From NCBI GenBank assembly GCA_013265495.1, contig MU058206.1, positions 124,001-186,000 on the forward strand: DNA of 62,000 nucleotides, read 5' to 3'. How positions within the stretch are numbered: the stretch's first letter is position 1; each line of letters starts with the position of its first letter. Below, piece by piece: positions 1 to 14,436 of this stretch. The DNA is from Vicugna vicugna (Eukaryota). Position numbers and translations under genes: made by a program. The notes beneath the pieces are model-generated. The model saw only the letters and a list, made by a program, of their open reading frames with translations. It searched no databases and was not told where the DNA came from.

Positions 1-2468
1 ATATGATCATTCTATTATGGTTTTATTATTTTCTTAACATTGTTATTCACTGTTTTAATTCCCTCAATTGTTTATTTTACTTTTTGATATGTTAAGCATT
101 TCTGGAAAGTGCCTCAAATCCTTTGTAGAAAGAGGCAAAAATAAATAAAAACAACAACAAAAATCACTCAACTCACACATTCACTGGCCACGTAAGTCAT
201 AAGCATGGAGGAAGATTAAGGATATAGTTGCACCCTCACAGAGTAATACCATGGGTATTACCAGAGCCCCCATTGGTTTTAAACATTACCCTACATGCAT
301 TTATAATTAAAGCATCCCATGCAATCACAGACGAAGTTAACAATCTTATAAATATGATGTGCTATTTCACTTAAGCTAGCAAACTAAGCACTGTAACAGC
401 ATTTAGGCTTCCCTGGTTTGTGCAATTCAGGATTCCACGATAATATCAAGAAAAGAGCCCTGTGACTGACGTGGGCTTACATTTGATGGAAAACACATTC
501 TCACAGAACTGTTTATTTGTCTAGTAGTGAGTAAATGTAGCTTAGGCAGTTTTACAAATCCCAGTTACCATTACTGCCAGGAGGGGCCAGAATGAAATTT
601 CAAAATTCCTAATGAAAACTTCCTTTTGGGCAGGTTGGCAATGAAGATGTAAATTTTGCATGTTAGTTAGGAGCATAAAACTTGACTCTGCAGGTATGAG
701 GTGCAGGCTCAGCTCTACACTGATCAATCTTAAAATACTAATTTGAGTTTATTTTGAAGTTTAAAAAAATACTTCAAATTTACCCCACAATTAACAATTT
801 AAGAATTCTCTAGGCCTAAGATATAACTTTGGTCTTAGTCATTCTCCCCTATCTTTTTTGCTTCTTACTTATTTTGTAGCCAAGTCTTTTTTTTTTTTTT
901 AATAATATCACCCATCTTTCAATTTTTAAAAAATGTCCAACCCAGCATCCAGTAGAACTGGAGAATCAGCTTTAGACTCTGAGGAGCTCTAATCACACAA
1001 CCTGCTGAGAGGGAAATTGAGTAGAATAGCACAAGCCTAATTAATTTCACTCATAGCAGGCACCATGGGCAAAGTGTTCATCAGCAAGGTAGCCTGGTGT
1101 TACATGAACTCTCCAGCACTTCATGCCAAATGCCGCAGATGCCCAGTAGAAAAACAATTTCAGAAAAGAAGAGGTCTATTTGAGGGTCATGACTTGAGAA
1201 CTTTGTAGGAGACAAGTAGCACCGAAATATACTGTTCCTGGCTTCAAACAAGATCATCCAAATTCTCTAATGAGAAATTTATTTTCCAAAGCTTAGCAAA
1301 CTTCCCAGTCTGCTGACAACTCTGAGGCTGAACATATCTGTTACATACCACCATTTATTTCCCTAGTCACTCTATTAAATCCTGACTGTGAGGCTATACC
1401 TCTTCTGAGTCACACCAAGAAATATACTTCAAAGTATATGTCAACTGTAATACTGCTCAATTTCCAGCAAAGGTAGTAGTATCAGTTATCAACTAATAGT
1501 AATCTCTAACAGAAAGCTTCACAGTAGATATTATGGGACCATGAAGCTGTTAATCATTTTTGACAAGAGATTCAAGTCCATCAATATGATTTCTAAGTAG
1601 AATATTAAACTTTGGAAAGTAGACAGAAGGAAGAAAGAGAATGTACTAATACTGCCATGATGCAAAGATAATGCTTCCAATTGAAGCTACAGAATGTATT
1701 TCTTTTCTACCTTATTTTACACTTAGGAACACTTCCATTGACTCCAGTAGACTTTAAGGAGCTTCAACTATTCTTTCTTGTACTCCCTTACCACCTAGCA
1801 CAGGCTGCCTAGAACAGGGCATTCAGCAAAAATACTTTGATGACTGAAACATTTACTCAGTTGCATTCAAGTTCATTAACTTTTCTGCTTGTTTCTTTCA
1901 CATATCTCTAAAAGAGCCCTTTGAACAGTGCTAAATGCATTAGATTTGCAAATGTAATGAAAATCATTCATTTGTTCTTTTGGATGGGTTACACACAAAG
2001 CCCAAAACCCCGAGCCTGGCACTCTCAAGTATCAGCTCTGGTAAAAGTGAATTTTTCATCCAGTTATCAAGTATATCTCCATTCTACAAGGGGAGAAAGA
2101 CTGGTTATTACTTCTTTCATTCTGAAAACATAAATCAGTAATTTGAACTAACCTCTTACATAATCAGGATACTTTCAGGCTAGAAGATGAATTCCCTGTA
2201 TAATAGAGAGAAATGTCCCGATATTTTAACCTACTGTATATGCAGACAGGCTAGAACACTCTCTGGAAAGGGTCATATAGACAGCTTGTGCATTTCTTTA
2301 ATCTTTCTTTTATTCCTTATAAGCATTCCTCCATCTTTAATCTAATCCATTCATACAGAGAATTAAAATAAAAAATCAACAACTGACACAGTCATATCAC
2401 ATATATGATATCAACGAGTTAGCCTTATATCCATCAAGTCTTTAAATTACAGGATAAAACTGTGGACA

Positions 2469-2545
2469 TATCACATTGAACCATGAAATTGTCTTGTAGG
2501 CCAAAGACAGTCAAAAATAGGCAATTTATGTGGTTTAACATAGTA
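2469..2545. mobile_element. MADE2-like mariner MITE
   Basis: About 77 bp, TA-bounded imperfect palindrome (ttgaaccat-gaaattg...gcaattt-atgtggtttaa) resembling the recalled MADE2 consensus. Confidence 0.65.
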
Positions 2546-3289
2546 CACACACATATACGAGCTATGGCTGGGAACATGGCTTCTTGCCAAAGAATGGTTT
2601 GCTAGGGACTTTTTAAAAGCCTATAACATTTTTTTCTCTTGGTTTAAAGCCTTGTACAGTTTCCAAGTAAGGAAAAATCCCAATGTTGTAACTATTTTAA
2701 ACCTGAGAGACGTCTGCATTTTCTAAAACAGGAGATGCCAAAAAGACTGTTGACAAAAGACAAAAAAAAAAAAAAAAAAAACCAACCTATAGAAAGACTT
2801 AGGTATATCCACTTCTGAGAAACTTCTGTGACTTCAAAAGAGCGTTTGTATTTCTCCTGTTACAGTGTCCTTAATCATATACAGCCCAAGAGGTAACAAC
2901 TTCTTTCTCACTATCCCAAGGACAGATTATTATAGGTCATACTGACTTCCTCTGTTGCAAGGTTTGAATGACTTTTGAATATTTGTTATGGGTAAATTTT
3001 TTGCAGTTCCAGTCTAACAAAACACTAAGTGTATTTTTTTTTTGTTTAATTTAGAGACACTTCTGAAAATGAAACTAAGGGCAATCAAGAGCAACCTCAA
3101 TCAGCAAAGGAAAGATTGGGGTATCCCATGTCCCTTGTCAGGTTCATGTTTGGTAAAATTTACAAGCTAAAGATGACTGCTTTTTTAAAAAATTGAGATA
3201 TAACTGACATGCAACACTGTTATTTTTTTAAAAAATTCTTTAACAGAGGAATTTAGAATTGAGTGAATCTAAAGATTAAGAAGAACAAA

Positions 3290-3960
3290 ATCAACAGCCA
3301 AACAGAAAAATAGGCAAAGGACTGTCAATGGTTTACAGACATAGAAGTAGTAATTGTTCTTAAATACGTGAAAACAAGTTCAACTCTCATTCATAATAAG
3401 ACAAATGCAAATTAAACCACATATTAATTCACCCAGTGAATTGGCAAAGATTAAAATGCTTGATAACACTTACCCAGGGTAAGGAGAACATTTCTGATTA
3501 GAGTATAAATTGTTATAAACTCCATGAAGGGAAATGCATATCAGAATGAATAAGAAACGCATACACCCTTTGAGCCAACAATTCCACGTCTAGAAATTTA
3601 CCCTATGGATACATTTAATATGACAAATATAAGAGGTTTTCACTGTGGCACTATTTGTAATCAGGAAAAAACAATGGAAATAACCTAAAAGTCCATCAAC
3701 AGAGTAAATTATGGTAAAGACAATAATAAGAATCTATAAAAAAGGAAAGTGGAAGAGGCAAAAATATTTATTTCTATGTATATGTGCAGGTCTAAAATAT
3801 CTCTGTAAAGTTACACAAGACTCAAGGGACACTGGTTACTTCCAAGGAAGGAAACCGGGTACTTGGGTGGGAAAGAGAATTTCCATTGTGTTCCCTTTTG
3901 TACTTATTGAATTTTGAACCACATGAATATATTACCTTTTCAAATAATAAATTAAAATAT
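3290..3960 (+). mobile_element. Old L1 (L1ME-like) ORF2 end and 3'UTR fragment
   Basis: Diagnostic L1 words such as gcaaattaaacc, ttggcaaagattaaaa and acctaaaagtccatcaacag. Confidence 0.7.
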
Positions 3961-4049
3961 TTTAAAAGGAATTAGCAGCCTTCACAATTAATTTTTCTAA
4001 GTTATGAGATGGCTTATAAATCAGACCCCTATGAGAAGCCAGACAGGAA

Positions 4050-4535
4050 TTCTTCAGTGGCTTCTACTGCTATCCAAATAAAATCAACTTCTGTCATGAC
4101 TGCCAAAGTCTCAGTGCACCTCCCTGACCTCATCTAACACCCTGCTCAATCACCACGTGTTAGTCACTCAGCCTTTAATTCTATCTGGTAAACACATCAG
4201 GCTCTTTCCTCAGCCTGGAAAGCTCCTTTTTCTCTCAGATATTTTCATAGCTGGCTCCTTCTTGTCATTTAGGTGTCCTTTCAAGTGTAATTTCCTCAGA
4301 GAGGTCCTCCCTGACCACCTGATCTGAAGTAGTCTCCACTTTTAGCCTGTCTCTTTTATCCCATTACTCTATTTTAATTTCTTTTTTATCACCACTAGTG
4401 AAATTATCTTGTTTTTATATTTTCACTTGTCTACTGTCTTCCCCACTAGAAGTTAAGCACAATGGGAAAACAGCATCCCCCTGTGCCTAAAATGGCACAT
4501 CATAATAGGCACTCAGTAAATATTTGTTCAATGAA
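4050..4535 (+). mobile_element. L2 3' fragment
   Basis: Pyrimidine-rich body ending in ggcactcagtaaatatttgttcaatgaa. Confidence 0.7.
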
Positions 4536-7500
4536 ATTGCTGCTGACTAACCAGACTCACTGTCTTTGGGGATCGTATTTTTCCTTTAATGAGCTCCAGT
4601 TAAAAGGTTAAAGTTTGGGAGTTGCTGAATGAATAACAGCTATAGAAAATTCAGGCATATTTTCAAAACAACAAAATATTTTAAAAAGAAAACTATCAGT
4701 TCATCTCCAATTTTAAAGAACTCATTTAATACATTCCAAAACTATATTCCTTTTTTGATTTAAAGAAAAAAAAATTCAAGAAAAGCTGGGAGAAAAGAGA
4801 AACCTACAGGGCTAAATGGGAAGTTCCTGAACCCACAAGACAACAGTAATACAAGCACATCCTGGAAGTACCATCAGAGAGGCTAGACCTCTAAGTTATT
4901 TCAAGTCGAATGCTATATAATAAAATTCTAATACATTGATAAAAATGAGGCAGATCCGTAGTATTTACTTAGATTTGACCTATAATTTTCATATTTGACA
5001 CAAGGTTTGATTCCCTTAAAATTGACACGTAGATAAAAGATAATTAACATTAAATAGATACACATGTAAACATGTGTACAGATACAGATACAGAGACAGA
5101 GAGACAGACATACCTTTAAAACATGTCTAGACACATAACCAAGTTTTTTCTATACCAAGCGAAGATGTAGAACAAATTTTCTGCCATAGCTGAATGTTTA
5201 TCTAATTAAGAGTTCAATTGTTCCTACTACTGTTGTATGTAAGGAAAACTTAGAAGAAACTACTACATAAAAGGAAAACTCAGAAACAAGTATAGTATTA
5301 CATATGCACATCAGTACCTTTAAGATTTTCCCAGTTTACAGATTTCTTAGGCAGCACAGACTCTGAAATGATTGTAAGGATTAGATACGCTTTTGTACAT
5401 AAAAAGGCTATTTTTTCCTCCTCCTCAATCTAAGTGTTATAACAGAGTTTTTTAGAAATAGGCTGGCTAGTAAGCCAAAGTCAAAATGCAGATGAACAAG
5501 AAGGCACATGAAAGAATCTCAAGTTGTGGAAAGTAGAGGAATAAACAACAGAATGCTCCCACTGACTCCCAAACCTCAGCGTGTGCTGGCTGTTGACAGC
5601 CTTACTGCCCTTCTCTATAGGTTATAAATAACTTCAAAGTGTCCTTGTCCCCAGGGAGACCTTAGCAGCCAGCTCAAAGGTTAAAATATGGAATAGTTCT
5701 CATTCTGGATGCAACTTTTCTAATTAACAACAACAAAATACCAAAGAGCAGAAAAACTCATTGCCAATTTAAGTTAAGGGCTAGGGCATCATTCCCTCCC
5801 CCTAAAAACTAGCCATTATGTAAGAGCTGTTGATATGGACATATTAGCATAATTCTCTACCCCCAAAATATGTCCAGGAAGAACACACTCTGCTCCAAAC
5901 GTAGTCTGTCCTGGAAAAGGGTAGGTGTCACTCAACAGCCTTGTAGGACTAAATCTCCTTAGACCTTAAAAAGACTTATTGAGCTTTCGTTGTGCTTCTC
6001 AATTTAGGCACAAATGACGTAACAACATCGAAGGAAAAAATTCCTGTCTCCACTTGGATGAAAGATCCTGCAGAATAAACCATGGCTGCAACAAGTACAG
6101 GTTTCACAAGGTCTGGGTTATTTTCATCAGGTGATGGGCTGCTGTTGTTAATTACTAATCCCCTGCTAGGAAAAAAATAAATCAGCCAAACAAAGAAACA
6201 ACCAAACTCCTCCAACTGCTTTAAAAAAAAAGGCAGATAGGTTCATCAGGTTAAGCTTCTCCACACATCACTTTCAAAATCCATCACTGGGGGAAGTCTC
6301 AAATGGAACGATATGAATCCAAATCAGCAAACAAATCTGATTATAAAGGGGCTATTTCACTTCAAAGTGGATCTCAGTTCCAAAGGAAAACACCTTCAGA
6401 AATGAAGTTAGATAGGCAGAACCAAAAAATCAGCAACTTCTCTCTTTTCACAAATTATAATAATGTGTTGACTCCACTGAATGGCTTGAGCAAAAATCTC
6501 TAGGGCCACAAAGAGCAAACTTAGGAAAGATGAAGATTTTAACACATCCCACATGTTATCAAAGATTTCTCCTCTAGGGTGAGAAAATTTATTCTAAAAC
6601 AAGAGCTGGAACAGAATTTTAAAAAAGAAGAAGGAAGAGGAGGAGGAAGAGGGGAAAAAACCTTATGGCTACGAAGATCCTATTTATTATATAATTATAT
6701 TCCCAAAGCTGTTTTGAGATTTGAGAGGTTATAGTTTTTCACCTTCTCCCCTCAACTACAACTATGAAGAATCTTATAAAATCTGAACAGTAAACAGATG
6801 AAAAGCTTGGCCATAATACAATTTAAGCATGTCCAATTTGCAAGGAATTCAAAAACAGAAGAGTCATTTCATGAAACAAATAGGAAGAAGTTGCATAACC
6901 CCACAGGGTCCTCTGGCCTTTACAGAAGCCAAACTCAGCACACAGTTCTCTTTGGTCATCGATGCTTTAGTCAAGTCATGTAAAAATATTTCTTGTTTAT
7001 ACAATCTGGCTACAGAAAGGGTCCAAGAAACGCATATCAAAGAAGAAATTTTAAACTGGCCTTAGGGTATACAAGTTGGAATAAGTTCATTAACTTAGAA
7101 GCTGAAAAGACCCATCTACTCCAGGGGATTTGGCCCACAACAAGGGTAGCCAATTCTCTTCGGCATTAACTACCACGTACTATCTAGCAGCACGTAGAAT
7201 TCAGTGTTCTCTGGAGACACCTTTTGAGAGACACCTAGAGTTCCCGCTAACTATGAAAGAGAGATCAAGGCATATGTATGCTTTAATCTTCTCCTTTAGG
7301 TATGGTGTAGAGAAATCTGATGACTGTTTACATGGACCCATATTCCTTACCTAGAAACCACCTGCAGAAAATAAATTCTCCCTTCTTTCAAAATTACTAA
7401 AAATAAGCTAATTTCTATGTTAATGTTAAGGTTCCAACTATACTAAATGGAACAAAGGATGGGCCGGAAGTTCTCAGTTTTAAGTGTTCATTCCAAAATT

Positions 7501-9339
7501 CATGACGCAAGGAAAAAGTAAAACCACACAGGCAGACAAAACAGGGGAAAGTTAGCCAAGAATGTCTGTCTTAACACAACTTCCTGGCTCCTCATGATTT
7601 GTGTCAGGATATAAAAGATTAAAATGCAATAACACCTATTTTACCCAATAAAACTGTGTAAAAACATACATAAGCATTTGAGGCAAGAATCTCATACCAC
7701 AAAGCAAAACTTTTAAGATGCTAGACAGAATGATAGAAAGATTTACCTAAGTTACCCACAGAGAGATAGCTCAAGGTACATACACAAAGGTAATCTACTC
7801 AGAATCAAACTCCTTTTACATAAAGTAAAATGAAGCCCAGGAGTTGCGTTAAGGCATCTCCTTTAATAAACTATAATTTTGATCTCCCTGATTTCTAGGG
7901 AGAAAAATAATCTTACTCTAATCTAAGGTCTCCAGATCATGTACTAACAACCACTGATTAAAAATTTAAATCTCAACAACTTTTCTCCTCTCCATCATTA
8001 GTGGAAAGCCTTATCCTATGTACAGTAGCCACCAGAGAAGATCTGAATAAATAATTCTGGTCTGTTCCAGGACAGAATATTTAGAATAAAACCTCTTTTG
8101 AAATCATTTATGAAGAATGTTTCTTTAACAGTGACTATAATGCTCATTATTTTAAAAAAAATTGAAAAAACAACTTATATGCTTATCTCATAAGACTTCT
8201 AACTTTACAGACTATTTGCACTGAAACGGAACAGTAGATTGCACTCAAGATGTGCATTTTTTAAAGTCATGGTAAATATTTCTATGCATTTCATTCCACT
8301 TCCGTCCTTATGATCTTAAACTATGTTTAAAATAAAACTATGTAAAAACTCACCAAGTCAGTAGGAAGACTCTAATTTGTCTTGTCTAACAGGAAATCTC
8401 TGTTGGAAATAGAGATGGTGAATCAGACTTAACTAGATTCTGAATCTCATACAAATCGTTACTTACTTTGGCCATTTCTAAAAAAGGGAAAATCTTACTA
8501 AAGCAGGTGATACATTTACTAGGATTTACTAGTCAAAATTACCATTCTTATATCTCATGTCTAGTTCTGGGTGCTCTATTTTTTAGTCATCTCTCAAAAA
8601 GACTGTATTTAGAAATTAAAGTCAGAAAAATTCAAGCTAATTCCTCTAATTAACTGACCTATGAGTACAGCAAAAATTAAATAAGTGGCCTGCCCTGTAT
8701 CAACATTTACAAGAGGGGAGTGATCACTTTTGTCAGCTAATTCACAAAATGTTGAAAGAATTACCATAAAAATTTTAGGTAAAATACCCTTTATAAAAAG
8801 TGCTCTGTGGGTCAGTTACACTAAAGCAAGACACATTTAAACAAAGCCATGTATCCTATGGTTTTAATAAATAGCTGCCACACTGAGGTTGCTGCTGAAG
8901 ACTGGTGAGATATTTTAGCTACCACCACCACCCTAAATAATCTACCGTAACCTACAAAGCGACTCAAAACAGAAAAGGGACAGGAGTGGTTGCATGGCTT
9001 CTAGGAGCATAACCTAGGCAGAAAACTCTGGTGCTATCTTCCCCTCTGTGGGAAAATGAGTTAAGCTTTTCCTGAAATTGTAAATGCTATCTTTAACTGG
9101 TACACTGGTTCTCTTATTTTGGTTAACCAAATCTAGTTACTATCAGTAATGGAATGAGCCCTCGCCAAAAACTGTACTACAACCACTGACTCTAAAACAG
9201 GACAAAGTCTTGATCAGAAGACTTAGAGTGACAAGAGTCAGGTTGAATTCATTTAACAAATATTTACTGAACAGCAACTGTGTTTAAGGTTTTGGTATCT
9301 CGGTTAATTTGTTAGAATGAACACTTGGTAGACCTAGTG

Positions 9340-10060
9340 GATTGGCAAAATTTAGAGTCTGACAATACCGATAAGGACTGGGAGGAACAGGGACACTTTC
9401 ATACTGTCACTAGGAGGACAAATTAGTACAGCCACTTTGGAAAACAGTTTATCATCTAATGAAGGTAAATATCCAGCAATTCCACCGCCAAATATGGCCC
9501 AGGGAAACTCCTGCCCACATCCATCAGCACATAAACGAGAACATTCAGAGCAGCACTGCTCCTAACAGCCAAAAACATCATCAACAGTAGAATGGATGCA
9601 CAAACTGTGGTATATTCATGACAGGATGCTACATGGCAATGAAATTAAACTACAGTCCTATTAACACAGATGAACTTTACAAACATATGGTTAGGTTCTG
9701 AAAGAAGACATAAAAGAACACATACAGTATCATTCCATTTAATGTATATAAAATTCAAAAAAAGACAAGTTAGTTATATTAGTGTGCAATGAATTCTAGG
9801 TGGTAAAACCACAAAGAAAAGGAAACAATGATCAGAAATGTCAGATTAGTGATACCTCTGAGCTACAGTGTGGGTCAAGATCTAGAAGAGACAGCCAACA
9901 CAGCATGCTGCTTCTGGATGCTGGCAATGATACATTTCTAGGTCTCAGTGGTGGTTATCAAAGTACTTGCTTTTTATAATTAATCTTTAAACTATATAGG
10001 TATGTTTTGTGTATCTTTCTATAGGTTATATTTCATAATAAAAATGCATTAAAATAATAC
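9340..10060 (+). mobile_element. Old L1 (L1ME-like) 3' fragment
   Basis: cagccactttggaaaacagttt, caaactgtggtatattcat and a typical 3'UTR. Confidence 0.75.
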
Positions 10061-10479
10061 CACAATAAAATGCATATAATACCCAATGAAATAACCCAAC
10101 AGAGGATGTGTGTATGTGTATGTATGTATCTCCTCCAGCGCCTAAGGAAGAATACAGTGTCCTGCACAGAATGCACCCCTAGTTTTTCTTCCAAGACAAT
10201 TCAGGATGAGAACTCAGTAATAAAGCAGAGCCACCCAGGAATAAATACCTATAGACAGGCTTTCTTATTATACTTCCTTTCTCTGAATTTAATTGCAATA
10301 CCTAAGATGTGTATTTCTGGGAAGTTTTCAGTGCTGACACAAATGATTGAATCTATGTATGACTATTCACCAGGAACCATTTGTTAATACTCAAATTACT
10401 ATTAGAAGCAAACAAAAGCTTCTGAAAAAGCAAAGCCAAAATACAAGTATTTTGGAGTATTACCTTTTTAGTTTAATCA

Positions 10480-11020
10480 TAGCCTCTGATGGAACCTCCA
10501 ATGATTTTCCACCTCACTCAGAGTAAAAGCCAAAGCCCTTACAATAACTGAAAAGGCCCTGAACAATCTGGACCTCATTACCTCTCTTGCTCTCATCTCC
10601 AATTAGGTTCTCATGAGCTCACATTGTGCCAGCCACACTGCCCTTCTTTGCTGTTGTTCCTCAGGCAGAACAGGCTCATTCCTGCCTCAGGGCTCGCACT
10701 CGCCCTTTTCCCTACTGGGGTAACTCTCCCCCGGATACTCTCTTGGCGCACTCCCTCCTGCTGCTGGGCTCTCCCTAACAGTCATCATCTCTGTGAGGCC
10801 TTTCCTGACACCCTTAAACATGTCATCCTCTCCCGCCACAGCCACAAACCTATTCCTCCTTCATTACTTCATTTTTTTCTATAGCACATAAAGTCATCGA
10901 CCATACTTTATTTGAAATATAAGCAGGCAGATTCTTGTCTGTTTTGTTGCTAGACCCAGACAGTGTCTGCCACACGGAAGGCCAGAAATAAATACCTATT
11001 TAATAAATGATTGAATTAAT
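10480..11020 (+). mobile_element. L2 3' fragment
   Basis: ctcagagtaaaagccaaag and cagccacactg motifs with an L2-type 3' end. Confidence 0.7.
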
Positions 11021-12612
11021 CTCCTTTTGGATTTCTGTCCTTGAAAGATTAGACAATAACTCTACACAATTGAAAAACACAAGGTTTCCCTTCTCTGACA
11101 TCAAATTTATTAACAAAGTTTGTTTACTAACAAGTTTCAGATTTATGCTCTTATTAGTAATGAGTTACAGGTAAGACTTATAAAAATTGGTACAAAATAA
11201 ATTATCTTTCCCCCTAACAAATGTGCAGTGCCTGTTTTAATGATGACAATGCTGGGAGAGCCCAGAGAGACATTCCAGAGAGACAAGAACTCTCCTGTAG
11301 TGCTCATGCGAGTACGCCACGACCACTGGGAGAATGACCCGACAAGATGCAGCAGGGAGACTGACTGACTGTTTCCTTTAGCTATACTTATCATTATTTT
11401 AAAGTTTTTAAGAATAAGCATGTTTTACTTTAAAGTCAGGTAAATGGGTGTTTTAAATAAAGAATTACGCAAACAAAATATAATTTTAAGAAAGTTCTTT
11501 ATATAATACTCTGACTCCCACAGAAACAATAAAGTCTTCTGTTCAAATCCAGATGAAATATCCCAAGAAGGTAACTACAGTTAGAAGAAAAAATTATTTT
11601 TGACTTAAGAATTAACATTTTTTATAGCAGAGTTTCCAGAGTGGAAGGGAAAACAAAACTCCATGGTATTAGTGTTCTATATGAGAACATAATTTTATTC
11701 TAAAGGAAGATTTAAAATAGGAACATTTCTCCGCAGCATAAAACATGGGCTTGATGTGATAAAGAGCAGGTAACGAACTCCATTCAAACTTAGTGATTAC
11801 AACGCAAGGAAGATAATTCACTGAACAAACCTGCCTACCGGGTGATCTGACAGGTACTTCTGAGCAAACAGATAGAGCTTATACTTTTGGTGGACAATTC
11901 ACCTACGTTAAAGCCAGAATAAGCCTATATCCAAAGTCTGGTTACTTGCCAACCACAGTAACTTGTGATCTGAACTATAACCTAAGACATAAACAAATCT
12001 GAGAGAAAATATACAAGCATATGATATTCTACAGTTATACTTATTACCAAGATTTCCATTTTAAGGTCTTATCAATTGTTTTTAAAAATACTTAGCACAT
12101 AAATTCTTAAAGATAGTTGATATATTCAAGAAAGGACGGTCTACTCAGACACTTCAGCAGGCGGGTGTATTATTAGAGAAGAGTAACAGTTTTCCTTTTT
12201 AACACTTCAGCATTCCAAGTGCTCAAAGCTCTGAATAGGATCCACCTTTAAAGGGGAAAAAAAATCCCTGGAACATAAAACTTAAAAATACACTCAACCT
12301 CACAATAATGACTAAAGCATAGTGGATTAAAGATTCCAGAAAAAAAATCATAAATGAAAACCATTGGTCATTGAAACATATGGTCCTTGAACAAAATTTA
12401 TGTGCAATAATTCTAATCTAAGGTAAAGGCGTATACTTTCAAAATGTTTAATTTGGCTAAAAATGCTGCAAGAAATTCTTTTATAAATATCAGCTGTTTG
12501 GATCATGCTGAATTTATTAGGTAATACAAGAACTGCATGAACTGGATTGGTCACTAAATACTAGTCTTACATTTAATGAGAGGAAGTATTCTAGGAGTTA
12601 TAAGGAATAAAA

Positions 12613-12762
12613 GGGGGAGGGTATAGCTCAGTGGCAGAACACATGTTTAGCATGCACAAGATCCTGGGTTCAATCCCCAGTACCTCCATATAAACAAACA
12701 AACAAACAAAAAACCAAATTATCTCCCTTCCCCTCTCCCTGAAAAAAGTAATAGAAGATAAC
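12613..12762 (+). mobile_element. tRNA-derived SINE (vic-1-like, camelid)
   Basis: GGGGAGGGTATAGCTCAGTGG A-box, GGTTCAATCCC B-box, A-rich linker and aattatctccc tail. TSD-like ttataaggaa at 12598-12607 and 12763-12772. Confidence 0.85.
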
Positions 12763-14436
12763 TTATAAGGAAGAAAGGAAAAAGGTGAGTAGTTACTGAC
12801 GTTTATAAAAAAACAGCTATTGAATATGAGACAATAAAAATATAAAATATTAAACACAAAGGTTGCCAAATTTATCAGAGCCCAAAAAGAATCCACTAGA
12901 AAAGAAAATTTCAGAGCCTCTGACCTTAGTAAAAGAAAACTGGCGTTCCAAGTTATGCAAGGTTTTCCTCGCCCTCCCTCTCCCTCAAATGATGATTGTG
13001 AATACCAAAGTACTGAACCAAATGGGAGAATTCAAATAAGATATTTAGAACAAAATCAAACCACCAAAGCAAAAACAAGGAATAAGAAGGAGGAGGAGTA
13101 AACTATAAGGGATATCTGTAAGGTGGCTGGTCACTGAAGTTTTGTCTGTAATGGCAAAAAAAAGGGGAACAATGTAAATATCCATCAAAGGAATTTGGGA
13201 AGACTGAAATATTCATACAGAGAAATAAAAAATAAAACAGCTAAAATGACGGACCTAGATCTATGTGTATCCAAATGGACAGATCCTGAAAAATGAAAAT
13301 GAATGAAAAAAGTGACTGCCATAGAATTTATTTAATATATTCATACTCACACTCTGCACTGGATGCACACTAAATTCACAGCAGTAGGGTGTCTCTGGGG
13401 AGCGGAGGTGGAAAAAAGAACTGAGAAAGTGAATGAAGAGGACTTCAGCTAAAAGTGTCACAATCTCTACTTTTTGTTTGGCTTTCTTTCTTTCTTTTTT
13501 TTTAACTTTTCAAAAACAATGAATTCAGAGGGGAAAGTACACTAGAAAAGCTCGAAAAGACATAAGAGCAACATTTTAAATACAATAATGTAGCCTGAAT
13601 TAAACCAAAAAAGCCAATGAAATCAGTCCAGATCTTCTCAGTAACAAAAAATCTAGCTCTTGGTGAAATATTTTCCCCAGTTGATGGGTGCTTAGCACAG
13701 GGGTTACTTAAGCAGAAGGAGTAAAGAGACCGACTTTGTATACTTCAGTAAGAAAGCACATTTTAAATAAAAATAATTCTTGTAATAACCCAGCTTATCT
13801 TCAGGGAGACTATAAATCCTCAAAAGGAACCATTTTTCCACAGAGCACCTTCTCTTTCTGCGCCACCATCCACCTTCTAACCTCCCGAAAACTTGTTCTC
13901 CATCTTTCCCTAATTTCACTCATTGCTCTCCAAGGACCTCTTTAATCACCTCAAATTATAGTACCTAACTCAAAGATAGGGTTCTTTTTTTGGAACTCAA
14001 GTCCAAAAAACTTAAGACTTGGAAACAATTTAAATGCTTTTTCTCCTCTTTCAAATCTGTTTTTCCTCCCTCTTACTTTACATTTTCCAACCCCAACCTG
14101 TTTTTTCCCTTCCATTTTCTTGCTGACAACTGCTAGCAAGCCTCTGGCATGTTTACACTTTTCCTTTCTTAAGGGAAAGATACTCCAAGTAAGCCAAACA
14201 AAATCTCACTCCAGGGCCCAAAGATCAAATAAAAGGAAAAAAACTTAAAAGTAAAAAATACTAACCATATTTTGCTGCTTTTCATTTTGGCATTATGGCT
14301 AGGAATAAAGTTCTAACTACCAAATAAGAGCACAAAGCCAAACTTACTTGTACATTTTCTTATCCTTATGGCATTTACGTTTATCTGGGGTCCTCTGTTT
14401 TACAAGTGGCTTTGGTTAAGAATTATAAGGTCACTG

